Source of the DNA: Amoebidium appalachense
Taxonomy: Eukaryota; Protista; Ichthyosporea
Direction: 5' to 3'
Assembly: GCA_963693365.1 (NCBI GenBank)
Contig: CAVNZM010000005.1
Coordinates: 9,962,334-10,026,333 of the forward strand
Length of the DNA: 64,000 nt
Position 1 is the stretch's first letter; each line of letters begins with the position of its first letter. Positions 27,264 through 64,000 of this stretch are shown in pieces. The position numbers and the translations under genes were made by a program. The notes beneath the pieces were generated by a model, which was not told the origin of the DNA, searched no databases, and worked only from the letters and a program-made list of their open reading frames with translations.

Positions 27264-28561
27264 CATAACTTGTGACTAATACGCAAGTTCCTTCTCGTCA
27301 CTATCCATATACGGGGATCTTATTTAGACCTGATAGATGGTATGAAAGTTTTAGTATTGTTAAAAGTATGGCCGCTTTGCGGCAGAGCACTGTTGACTCC
27401 AAGTTATTTCATAAATTTTCTATCGAATGAGGCCAAGAAGTTTTGGCTCGCAAAAAAAAAAAGTTCTATAAAACAATAAAAAAGTAGAAATATACGGCAT
27501 CAGAGTCACGGCGCTGTAAATGTTCCCAGAGTCCGTACGTGAATTCTAAAGGCAAATAAACCACAACAACCATTCTTACATGAATTAGCCCACCCTAGGT
27601 TACAAACAAAACTCTGGTAATTATAAAAATGACCAACTGGCTGGTTTACCGTAGGCTACTTAATAAGTAAACAAAGCCTGAATGTGTTGACTAACACTCG
27701 ATTAAGAAAGTCAATTAAAATGGTACTGTCGTGTTCGCAGTATTTGCAACAGGTGAGGCACACGTTTTGCATACTGTTATTAATCACATATTGTCAATTC
27801 CTCAGATGTTTGGGATCCTGTTGCGCCGTACAGATGACTGTAGAACTTGGCTACGGGGAGCTTATCTGCAAAGGGTCAAGTTGAGGTACTATAACATCTA
27901 TAATATTTTTTATTCTCTCGTTGTTCAAGGAGTTTTGATTTTGTAGTTGTGTGTGTCCGTCTCTGGATTTTTCACTTCTACGTGCATTTATGATTTCCTT
28001 ACTATATGCATACTGTAGGGGGAAACTTACAACCAAAGGCTGCATCTGGTCGCTCAGTCATCAGTTACCAACACCACCATGCATATGGAACGATGTTTTT
28101 TTTTTTTTTAGAGCCATATTTGTATAGTAAACACATTCGACAAGCTGCTGGGTTATCATCACCTGGTCTATGGTATTCGAAACTTTTTTCTTCAACTCTG
28201 CCGCATGCATGAAAGAAGAACTAATAAAATATGTTGCTTCTGCCATGTCGGTTCACTGCCATTTCTTTTTTCGCTTTTCTTCTGACATTTTTTTTGTTCC
28301 CGGCGGGGCGGTTTGGAGGATGGGGCCTGAAGCAACTGTCGGCACATATCCGGAAGACGACGACAGCGGGGGGAGGGGGGGGGGGGGGGAGAAGGAGGGG
28401 GGAGGCTTGGGAGGGGGTTCCGGAGGAAAGGAAGCTGGAGGGGGCGAGGGGGAGGGGGGGGGGGGGGGGGGGGAGATGGGGGAAAAGAAGGGTAGTCAAC
28501 ATCATGTCGGTAAAACCAACATGCAATGTTGAAGACGCATTTTAGTATGCATGCCTAACTC

Positions 28562-28631
<70 letters not shown>

Positions 28632-28764
28632 CCCCCTCCCTACGGACCATAAAAAAATATTACAGATGCAGCCCGCCATTAAGACAACCCCTTATTAAGT
28701 ATTGGCTGCGGTTCATATTCTTCAGTTTTCAAAATGGCCGCTACCATGTTGTTAAAGGTGCAGG

Positions 28765-28801
<37 letters not shown>

Positions 28802-29290
28802 CTGCCCTATTGCAGTGCACAATGGTTTGTATGAGCACACCGCCTCAGAGCCTGTCAAACACATTTTCAGAGCCTATTCTTTCGTTATCATGTCATACGC
28901 ACACACGCACAGGGAATTATCCTACGTTTACATCAAGTGTGCATTTTTGCAGCTCTCTTGAGCTATTCCGCCATCATTCTTTCTTTATCATTTCTGCTCT
29001 GCATTTTTGCCTTAATTTCATGCTATTCGCACATGCTTGTTTAGTGCCTGACAAAGAGGTTCCACTACGTATATCAACATTTAGCTGTATCACATCCTGC
29101 ATACACTGTCGAAAACCGCAGTCATATTAATATCGCAGCTAGCTGCGCTTTTTTTTAAGACCTGTGGCTGAATGGGTCCCACTTCCCTCCCTTCTTCCCT
29201 CAGCCTCCATCCCTTCTCTGTCTCTCTCGCTCTCTCCCTCCCCCCCCTCCCGCCCTCCCCCCTCTTTCCCCCTTCCCCCCTCACCCCCTT

Positions 29291-29416
<126 letters not shown>

Positions 29417-29482
29417 GGCACACACACACACACTCTCTCTCTCTCTCCGAGGCTCTCTCTCTCTTTCTCATTCTCTCTCTCA

Positions 29483-29527
<45 letters not shown>

Positions 29528-29559
29528 GGGGCACACACACACACACACACACAATCCGA

Positions 29560-29596
<37 letters not shown>

Positions 29597-29617
29597 AGTT
29601 TCACACACACACACACA

Positions 29618-29704
<87 letters not shown>

Positions 29705-29774
29705 CCCCTCTCTCTCTCTCTATCTCACACACACACAGAGCCCCCCCCCCCTCTCTCTCTCTCTCTCTATCACA

Positions 29775-29825
<51 letters not shown>

Positions 29826-29874
29826 CCTCTCTCTCTCTATCTCTCTCTCTCTCCCGCCCCCCTCTCTCTCTGTA

Positions 29875-29906
<32 letters not shown>

Positions 29907-31002
29907 CCCCCCGGGGAGGCCGTCTCTGTTTGGCAAGACGGCCTGCAGATGGGCAGTATACAGTATTCCTTGCTCAATCCTTGCTCAAGTGTTGTCGTTG
30001 TTCAGCATTTGGGCGTGATGTAATTGGACCACATGAAGGAGGGGAAGGAATGGCTTCCGTCCCTGTTTCGCAGACGGGAGCGACGCATTCTGCTGCCGTT
30101 ATTTTTTCTATCATCACAACTACTGTAACATCGTTTGTGCTTGGCCATCGGCGATCGGGAGTGGGCCCACGGGATCGCGACTCCGCAACAGCTGTGCGCC
30201 TGCTGAGGCTGGTTACATACCCCTTAAACTCGCCAGGTGGGTCCTTGTTTCCAAAATCCCAGCCTTCTTTTTGTGATATCTCATATATATCAACGTTTTG
30301 AAAGCTTATTCATGTTAAATATTACATATAAATATTATTTTATAGGTTTAATTAGATATAGAGTCATTTTTTTAGCTGTAAACGATAATACTGTTATATC
30401 ATTTACTGATCATTAACGCTTCTCTTGGTATTCGAAAGTTTAATTATATCTTTCCGTCGAATAAATCCAGTCAAAAGAAGAAAAAAAAGGTTATATATTT
30501 GTATTGAACCCCTATGGTTTACAACGGTACGAGGTGCGCATTTAACCAATAAGGAAAGCCTCGGAACTTGAGGAATTTGGAGCAGCACGACCCAGTTCAG
30601 CCAAGCATCTCGATCGCTTGCAACATGTGCTATCGTGCGTAGATACAGCGTAGGAACACAGTTCGGGGCTTTGTTTGGTGGTCTAATTATTCACTTCCTG
30701 AATATTTGGGAGCAGAGAGAGACGAACAGACCGGTACAGGTCCCGTATTGTTGTACTTATAAGGTTGTCCGCCTTTGCCGGCCCCTATATACAGTAATCG
30801 AGGGATCGAAGTATGCATGCATAGGTGCTTCCGTAAACGTGTACGTGTGTAAACCTGCACATGTGTGTCGCGTGAACAAATGTTTGGTAGGTATGGTGGT
30901 GGGCGGGCGGGCGAGAGGATGGGGAAGGCAGGCTGAAAGAGAGTAATATGCCTCTATAACAAAATTGTATCATAAAATTTCTTTGATTTGAGTTCGAGGG
31001 GT

Positions 31003-31037
<35 letters not shown>

Positions 31038-31569
31038 GGGGGGGGGGCGAGGGGAGGGGGGTTGGCAAATTGATGAGGGTTTATATACTGGGATAGGTAT
31101 GTATGGATGCTCTTCGCGGCAAGCCGCACTGAATGTTATCCCGCCAATCAACTCTCATTTGCATTCAAGCAATTTGAGCCTTTGGGCCTGTGGTTCACCG
31201 TTCACCGGTACAGTACATGCATTTGTGGTCCTCAACTTTTAGAAGGAAAAAGTCCTACCTGAACTAGAAAACGTTAAGTCTACCATTTCTGACTGCGCCC
31301 AAGAAGCATCAAACCAACATTTATGGCAAGTAGATAGATGAGCTCAGCTGTTATTAATATACCTGTGGTATATAGTGCATGCAACTTTGCATTTTGCAAA
31401 TTATTTATTCCGGATCGACCAAGTTTCCCACAATGCTGCCTGCAGGTCGTAGCAGAGGCCTTTTCTGAGGAGAAAAATCCTGACCATAGCCCCCCTCCTC
31501 CCCCTCCCCTCCCCCCTCCCCCCCTCCCCCTCTCCCCCCCTCCCTCCCCCCAAACACAGCAGGCACGCA

Positions 31570-31627
<58 letters not shown>

Positions 31628-31631
31628 GTGT

Positions 31632-31701
<70 letters not shown>

Positions 31702-31720
31702 GTGTGACACACACACACAC

Positions 31721-31762
<42 letters not shown>

Positions 31763-31766
31763 GTGT

Positions 31767-31816
<50 letters not shown>

Positions 31817-31820
31817 CGCG

Positions 31821-31869
<49 letters not shown>

Positions 31870-31888
31870 GCACGCACGCACACACGCA

Positions 31889-31982
<94 letters not shown>

Positions 31983-32121
31983 CACACACACAGGCACACA
32001 CACAGGCACACAGTCACATAAACAACAACTTTCAGCACAGTGTAAGCACTGGATACCACTGTAATACTGGTCGAGACAACACCCGGCACACTGAAATTTT
32101 CCCTTTTTAATAGCGTCGAAG

Positions 32122-41420
<9,299 letters not shown>

Positions 41421-41652
41421 TTTTTATTTATTTATTTATTTATTTGTTTTTTATTATTATTTTTTTTTTGGGGGGGGGGGGGGGGGTTGGGGGGAGGGGG
41501 GGGGGGGGGTCGCGCGGCTCGGTGAGTAAAGTTGAAATCATTTGAATTGAGTGACAGTGTATGATAATGGATGATTTATATAACCCCCTTGTTTCAAGTC
41601 TTTGTTATTTTTTTCCTTTTTGTTTTCTTTCATCCCCCCCCCCCCCCCCCCT

Positions 41653-41785
<133 letters not shown>

Positions 41786-41814
41786 AGTCTCTCCTCTCTC
41801 TCTCCCTTTCTCTC

Positions 41815-41890
<76 letters not shown>

Positions 41891-41891
41891 G

Positions 41892-41943
<52 letters not shown>

Positions 41944-42819
41944 AGTCTCTCCTCTCTCTCTCCCTTTCTCTCAGTCTCTCTCTCTCTCTCTCTGTCCCTC
42001 TTTTTTGTGGGGCAGGGAGGGGGGGGGGGGGGGGGGGGGTTGGAAGGGAGGGGGCCCGGGGAGGGGGGAGGGGGGTAAAGTAAGCATTCATAATGTAGGC
42101 GTATTTTATGGGTCACTGTTATCCGCTTAGGCCCATAGACCAGGCCCCTTATATTGGCGCTAGCAATGATTTCTCAGTCACAATCTGTCAGTACTATGTG
42201 TGTCACGTTCACAGAAGCGACGGTACGTATACAGTCGTCATGATCATGGACAAAGTATGGTTTCTTTTTAGAACTTGACAGTTAATCAAACCTTGAACTT
42301 GACAGTTCAATATTTAAATCAAACCTGTAAAAAAAATATGTGACTGAACATTATGGAACCGAGCTGCTTCACAGTGGTGATGCACATGGTGGTGGCACGG
42401 GGATGGCCACAGTGGGGTTTTTTTTCAGAGGTTGTTGCATTAGTTCCCCCCCTACTCTCACACAGTGACACACCTTACTAACTATAAAAAGAAAAGAAAG
42501 TCGCTCGTAAATTTTGAGATCAGCTTATGAGTAACTTTCTCATTCTTCTTCTTCAAGTGTGTGTGTGAGAAACGGAGGACGAAGGGGGGAAGCGGGTGGG
42601 TGGGAGGGGGAGGGGGGGGGGGGGGGGGGGGGGGGTCACGCACGGGATTAAAGTCACATAGTCTAAACAATAAACCACTGTGGCAGGGGAACTGTTACAG
42701 CAGGGCTGGCTCATCCAAATAGATTTTATAGCACCAAAATAACTTGAACAGTATACATACATGCTGTATATGCACAAGTATTATAATTGGGTTGGCTGGA
42801 GTGGTGATTGCAGTGGTGG

Positions 42820-42913
<94 letters not shown>

Positions 42914-44166
42914 GGGGGAGATGGGGGGATAGCTTGGCGCGAGGGGCCCCGGTGTGCGAGAATTCTAGAGGTGGCCAGGGAGTCCAGGCCTACTATGACA
43001 GTGCACGTGGCCCGGTGCCCGTGCACGTGGTGCCCATACATAACAACTTGAGCGGGACGACCCCATATGCATGCCTTATGTATTGTATCTGCAGCAAAGC
43101 TATATTGTAACTCTGGCAGCGTGATAAATTTCTTTCTTTCTTTCTTTCTTTCTATCTTTCTTTCTTTCTTTCTTTGTCCTGCTGCGTTTTCTTGTATAAA
43201 CAAGAGATTGACCCCCTCGCCACTGCTTATTTTCTCATGAGCTCAGGTGGTATGTTCGGCGGCCGTGCCACCAAAGAATGTTGATCTACAGCTGTAGAAA
43301 TTATCAATCTTCGATCTCATGTTTGCGCAACTCCATCAATAAGTCACCGATTAAGTTGAGATTCTGGACACAAAATCGCCGATCGAGCTGCTAGAAAAGC
43401 TTTCATGCAAGATTTTGGTCTATGTTTATCCGCCCAGGAATGCACAAAACGATCGCGAAACTCCGTGCACTCTGCTGGTGAACTTGACTCTTGAGGGGTG
43501 TGCTATGTTTGTTAGAATCTTAGAATATAGCTATTGTAGGTCTCATAGGTGCACAAGTAATTATTGGTGTGTTGGCGCCAGCTTTGGAAATGAACACCAG
43601 CCTACATACTACCGAAGTTCCAACTTGTCGAGTCCTGTTCAACGCACGCGAGTCCTATAATCGGTCCTTTTTTATCGTGTTTTATCAGAAATGACCCTGA
43701 TAGTGTGTCAGTTACAAGTTCTGCAAGCACACACAGTGCACGGTGCATGTGCTATAGAAACCCCCTGTGGCGGAGCTTTTAGAGTGGTAACATGGCACGC
43801 CACTTTCAAATTGTAATATCGATCATACAGCATACATACGTAGCTATTACAACTAGTACTTGTAGGGCAGAAACACGAACTCTCGTGAGTCGTGACACAC
43901 TCACCGTGGCTTGATCGCCCATAATAATGCCATAGTATTCATAGCAGTGGCCTTAGCTATGTTCCCGCCGAGGGGACCCCCTCTACTACAACCCCTTCGA
44001 ATTAAGCTTCCTCTCAGCCATCCGAGGTCAAAGCATCAACCCGATCGATAAAAACAATGCCAATATTGATGGCATAACCCCCGGAGTCAGACGACACCCG
44101 TTTGCAAATTGGGTGGGTTACACTGAGTCACTTTGGTTAACAACGCGTGGCATCTTTGACTTCAAC

Positions 44167-45839
44167 ATGAGTCTAAGCGACAGTCAAATCAACGCCCTTG
44201 CGTTGGCAAGCCGTCTAGCAGCAGCCATAGGCTTTGGTGGGGCGGTGGCTTCGTTTGCGTGCAGTAAGCACGTGCGCGGCAGTAATTACAAATCTGCAAA
44301 TGGAAGAACTTCAAGGGCGAGACACATTATTTTCATGCACTACTGTGTGGGGGATATCATGTCGAACGGTGCAATCATGGTGGCATCATGGGCCCAGGAT
44401 AAGCCTTTGGCCTGCAACATACAGGTACGCATACGCACCGTGCAAAGGCACAGACGTTAATGTGTCAAGCCTCTCCATTCCCCCCCCCTCCCCCCCCCCC
44501 CCCTTTTCTTTTTAGATTATCCAAACCCACAAACACATTAATAGATAGAGGGCCTGCCACACACAAGAATCCCAGCACGCACTGGAGATAGCGGAACTCA
44601 TCCTAAATCGCAACACATCTTCCGAACTTCTGAGAAGGATGATGATCATCGTGTATACGCTTTTGTGACTACATACTATTGTATGTACCTACATTTTCTA
44701 GGTCATGTGCCAGTCAGGCACAAGGTGGCACACACACACCTACACAAGCTGCACGTGAATGTAATTACACAACATACACACACACAGACACAGATATATG
44801 GACACAGACACGTACGCACATGCACACACACAGTGACACACACTGACACACACACACACACGCCGCTCGTGGGCATATAACACTGACACCGACCGCGAGA
44901 TTCCCTTTTATTCCTCCATAGGCCTTTTTCATGATGTTTGGGAGTGGGGGCCTCTTTTGGACCGGTGCCCTAGTGCACGACATGTTTCTACGCGTGCAAC
45001 TAAACTGGTCAGAGGACCGTCTTCTCCGCACCCTGCCCCTCTACTACGTTGTGTGCTGGGGGCTCCCTCTCCTGTTCGCATCTCTCAACTGGATTTTAGG
45101 CTATTTTGAGCCCATTGGAAACTGGTGTTGGGTGAGCGATTTTCAACCAGCTGCCCAAGCATGGTCGCACTATGTGTGGTTGTGGGCAATCACGCTCTAT
45201 TCCATCATCGTCGACGTTATACTAACGGTGAAAATCGTGAGATCGCGCCGTGGGGTTCAACAGCCAATAAGAGGGGCACCCCTCTACGCGCTTATCCAAA
45301 TGTGGCTCTACACGACGGTGTTTCTCTTTTGCTGGCTACCAAACACGGTTTCATACATACAGGTGTGGGTGATGCCACCGGGATACATCGACTACAACGT
45401 AATCATGTGGCTGACTGTGTCAGCTCCGCTTCAGGGTTTTCTCTATTTTTTGATTTACATCGGACCGAGTTTTATTCGTGAGCGGGCCGTTAAGAGTTAT
45501 ACGGTGTCAAGAAGCAGACCGGTGACAGAAGCAAATAACATGGTGACAATATTAGAAGAAAGTACAGCAGTCTCCACCTATTTTAAACTTCAAGACAGTG
45601 GAAAGCGTGACATGAATTTTTTTGGAATAGCCGATCGTGAAAATACAGAAAATGTGGTCCTTGGGAATGACGTGAGGTTTTCATCAGGGAATGCAAACGG
45701 TGAGATTTTGTTGCGGATGGACGTCGACGGTTCTATCCCTGGTTCTTCGATTAACATTGCTAGTGGTAGCAGTCACACACTAGTTACACATGACGGTGGC
45801 CATTTAGCATGCCTGCAGCACGGTGAAAATGGGAGGTAA
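44167..45839 (+). CDS. cAMP-receptor-like (Dicty_CAR / GCR1-type) 7TM GPCR; exons 44167-44424 and 44922-45839
   Basis: Seven hydrophobic segments; ACNIQ|AFF, LFWT, YYVVCWGLP, GNWCWV, FLFCWLP and PLQGFL motifs; in-frame GT-AG intron. Confidence 0.88.
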
Positions 45840-47480
45840 TTACAAAAGTTTCAAATACTGTTTAAAAGTTTTGAATTCGCAACTTACAGTATATGTAGTC
45901 CTATGTTCATTTATTTTCATCATAGTAGTTGGACTGGTGGGCTGCATTCACCCGTCGACTCTCTATTGGAAGCTTGAAAGCGGCTCCGGTCAAAGTGTTA
46001 TGGGTTTTTGAGCTGGGTGTTAGTGATTTCCTAAGTTATAGGTTCGGTTCAAGTGCAAGACCAGGTTAAAGATTTAAGGAGATATATTAATGTTCTATGG
46101 TGCCACGGTGGAGACATGCTGCAGCTGCTGCGCCCCCTGTCTAGTGAGTCAGTGAGTCAGAAGTACTAGTGTTATCAGGCTGACAGAGTCGCTCCGATAT
46201 GATGATATCACTAATTCAGATTGCTCTAGTAGGGCTGACGGTCATAGCCTGCACGGTTGTAACTTTGGTAAACGTTCCGTCTTATGTTGCGATCTTTCTC
46301 AGTGGAGGTGGTGACGGTTGAACTTTCCAACAGTTGTAGCTGACAGTACATATGTACTACTACTCAGTGTGATAATCATGTGAATGAATGTTGTGCCTAA
46401 ACTGAGAGTGTGGCTCGGGGGGGCGACTTGTGTCACTAGTAGTATCATCATGAGTCGAAAATGCGTACTGTACTGTATGTGGTAACTGTTGGAAAACATA
46501 CTATGATACCATGGTGCCAATTATAAGTATTTGTTTTATTTGGTAGTGGTTATGATTAAAGTTAAAGGGTATCGACGAGCATCATGCCGCATGGCATGTT
46601 TTTCATTCAAATAGCCTATAGACTAGGCTAATTGACAAGCATGCTGTCGAAAAACCCTTTTTTCCCCCCCCCGTTACCACCCCATCCACCCCCCCCTCCC
46701 CCTCCCCTCCCCCCACCCCCCCGTCTGTCCGTTAAATTTACCTTGTCCTATTCGTTCCCCAAAACCAACTTTTCATAGACGTGTACTCCAACCAGCCCCC
46801 CCCCCCCCCCCCGTCCCCCCCCCCCCTTCCTCCCCTTCCCTCCCTCCCACCTTTCCTCCCTCTCAAGTCCCTACCCACCCCATTCAATTGCGCAACCACA
46901 ACAGTTTTGTCCGCGTGCTCCCCTAAAAGCAACTAGGATTCCCTCCACCAGCCCCCCCCCCCCCCCCCCCCCCCCCCTCCCCCCTGCCCCTCCCCCTCCT
47001 CCCCCACTCTGTCCCCCCAGGGCCTCCCCCCTTCTCCCTCCATCCCCCCCCCCCCCCCCCCCCCCCCCCCCCGTGCGTGGCCACCAGCCAATGCATGTGA
47101 TAAATGTCGACTGTCCACCATCCTTCCTTACTTAACTTTGCAACATGCTATAGTCATGAGTATGCTTGATTCGTCACATCCCACACAACCACTCGAATCG
47201 GCTTATCATTATTATGCCCCCCCCCCCCCCCCCCCCCCCCCCTCCCCACTACCCTTCCTGCCCACCCTTTCCTCCTCCCCCTTAGAGTGCCCCACCCCTA
47301 CCCCCACCGGCCCTCACCCCGGCTCCCTTGGCTCCCCTCGGCCCCTCCCAGACCCCGATTTACATTTTTAACCCAAATTACCAATGGTCCCCTGCCATAA
47401 AGCCATAAATCTCCAAGCCACCACCCATATCATTGGTGAAGAAACGTCCTTGCTTCTCGCCTAACCGAACCAACCTCCCC

Positions 47481-47511
<31 letters not shown>

Positions 47512-47838
47512 ACACACACCCCTCCCGGGCCTGAGCTCAGCCCGACCGGGGGCGTCCTCATCCACACAACTCCAATCGTTAATTCATTATGGTCATCATG
47601 GGCCAAACTACCTTGGCCCCCATCTAACCTTGAAATCGGCGAATAATAGAAGGTAGATTTCCGCCCCCGAGGCCTCCACCCCCTCCACCCACCCACCCAC
47701 CCACACACCCCACTGGGCCATCCCCCCAGCACCCCCAATCATTCCTCCCACAACCCCCTCATGACGCACAGCTCGCACCCACCCACCCAGCTATTTAGTA
47801 TGATTGGCTGACCCAATTGCTCCTTTTTATTACGTGAA

Positions 47839-47906
<68 letters not shown>

Positions 47907-49865
47907 AATAAGTCCCCCCCCCCCCCCCCCCCCCCCCCCTCTCTCTCTCCCTCTCCCAGGCCACCCATCTCCTCCTTCCCTCGACTCCCCACCCCCAACA
48001 CGTACACGCGCAGTCCATGAGGGGCCAATCCGGACCAGTCATTATTTTTCGCTCTCTTACCTGTCCGTTCTAATTTTGGCCAACACATTCAACGAGCCAC
48101 ATCCCCCAGCTCCTCCCCCTCCCCCCCCCCCCCCCCCCCCCGCGCTCCCCCCACCTCTCCCAAAACTCGAAAACAAACGCCCGGCCATGCACCCAGTAAT
48201 CATAACCCCCCCCCCCCCCCCCCAACTCTCGTTCTGCCGGGCCTAATATCAGCCAATCAGTAGTTGCTGTCCTCACGCAACCTCCACACAACAAATTAAT
48301 CCACAGAATACTAAGATTTTAAACCTTTAATGACTCTATAACCAACATCACTCTACCGTTTTGCAGGGAATAAATGCAACCCCGCAATCCCCCCCCCCCC
48401 CCCTCCCCCCCCCCTTCCCCCCCTTCCCCCCCCCCCCCCCCATCGCTCGCCCGCCCTCAGCCCACACAAACCTTCAATTACTCCACACCCTCGAACGCCC
48501 ACCAGGGCCTAAGCGAAAACTTGGGAAGAAGCGGAAGTCGTCACAGGGACAACACAGACATGCAGATCTATCTCTCTTCGAAGTTCAACACACAATTTTC
48601 CCACCACGAAATTTCAATGCTTTCTTTAACCCCCAACCCCCCCTCCTCCTCCCCCCCCCCAACCTCGGAACCAAGCCCAGTTTCCCCCGCAATCATTTAA
48701 GGAAGATAAAACTGGTGTTTTCCGGGAGTGGTCAATACCCCCCCCCCCCCCCCCCCCCACCCCTAGTAGGCCCCCCCCCCCCCCCCCCTCCCCCCCCTCC
48801 CCTCCCCCCCCCCCCCCCCCAGTCCCCCCAGCCCCCCTACCCATCCTCTTCATTAATTTTCCACCCTCTTCGATTCCTTTAGACCTCCCCTCCACTTACA
48901 CCCATTCAACCACTGACCGATCAACCCTCCCCCCCCCCCCCCCCCCCCCCCCTCCCCTCCCCCAAACCCCTTCCTCCCCTTACCCCCCCACCCCCTCCCC
49001 CCCCCCTCCAAGAAAAAAAAAAAAAAAAAAAAAAAACCCTTTCAAAAGGGGGAAAAAAAAAAAGGTGGGGGGGAGGGGGGGGGGAACGCAAATATAGAAT
49101 TTGCTCTTGTGAGGCAAAAGGTTTCAGTAGCTAAAACAGAAGAGAAAGCCTTGTAAAAGTTTCCATCGCACCCCCGCAACCCCCCCCCCCCCCCCTACCC
49201 CAGCCCCCAATACCATATCCCCTTCCCCCTTTCCGGGCCTTGGAAAAGAGAACACGTCCCTTCCTCCCTTTCCCCCTTCCCCCTCCCATCCCCCCCCCTC
49301 CCCCCACTGGGTCCACCCACCCCCGGTCCCCAATGCGATTGGCTACTTTCACACGACTTGTAGATCCCCCCCCCCCCCCCCGCCCCCAGGAGATCGACTG
49401 GCAAGAAGGGAGAGGCGAGAAGGAGAGGAAAGGGATGGGAGGTGGGGAAAGGGGGGGGGGGGGCGGGGGGGAGCCTTGATGAAGGGCCGGGGGCCGGCGG
49501 GGGGCAGATCCGGCCAGGGGGCATCATCAGTGGAGCCCAATCAAGTGCGCTAAATTAGGACCTTATAAAGTAAAATTCTCGATTGCAAATTAACCATTCA
49601 AGAACCAATCCTCTGCCACAATCTAAGAGCTGTGTAAAAATAGCAACGCTCGAGCGGCTCGAGTCGGCGGGTGGTTACACTCAAATCCTAGAACTGCCTT
49701 GAATAACCTTACTGGATTATATATCCATGAGCTAGAAAAACTTTCACAAGCTATGAAACCCGCATACCAATTTTCCTCGGAACATACCCTAAGCATGTAA
49801 ACGTGTTCTCTGGTTACCTTTTTCTCACACCCATTGCGATTGGCGACATCCACCCCGTTGCTCAG

Positions 49866-63817
<13,952 letters not shown>

Positions 63818-63948
63818 GTGAGTTTTTTTTTTTTTTCTTTTTTTCTTTTTTGTTTTTTTTTGAAAGCTTGTATGTGCTATGCATAATCTGCATGGTGTTG
63901 TTCGGCGTGAATATGCTCGTCGTACTCAGTAACACATTCTATCCCCTC

Positions 63949-63979
<31 letters not shown>

Positions 63980-64000
63980 AAAACACACACACACACACAT

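Overview
Eukaryotic (opisthokont-like, inferred from gene content) genomic DNA. Its introns are saturated with poly-C/poly-G, (CA)/(TG) and (CT)/(GA) tracts, so almost all ORFs in the supplied track are spurious. Splicing by eye gives five intron-containing genes: a 5-finger C2H2 protein (-), an AIP3/Bud6/SRCIN1-family protein (+, ~16 exons), an I-BAR(IMD)+SH3 IRSp53-like protein (+, 11 exons), a cAMP-receptor-like 7TM GPCR (+, 2 exons) and an epsin (ENTH-UIM-UIM-clathrin box-DPF; +, runs off the window). A gene-poor island (~22.3-31.4 kb) holds an intronless, GC-rich, frameshifted choloylglycine hydrolase/penicillin V acylase gene, a partial second copy and a hAT-like MITE. The strongest unexplained signal is a multi-copy intronic element. 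Every copy I found is sense to its host gene, most are 5'-truncated, and they end in a poly-C tail. Its ~160-nt head folds into a multi-stem, apparently pseudoknotted RNA with compensatory changes between copies, and one locus is a 453-bp head-to-tail array. Also notable are introns built from tandem copies of exon/donor junctions and introns with complementary (GT)n/(CA)n ends. All calls are from manual reading; no searches or folding programs were run.
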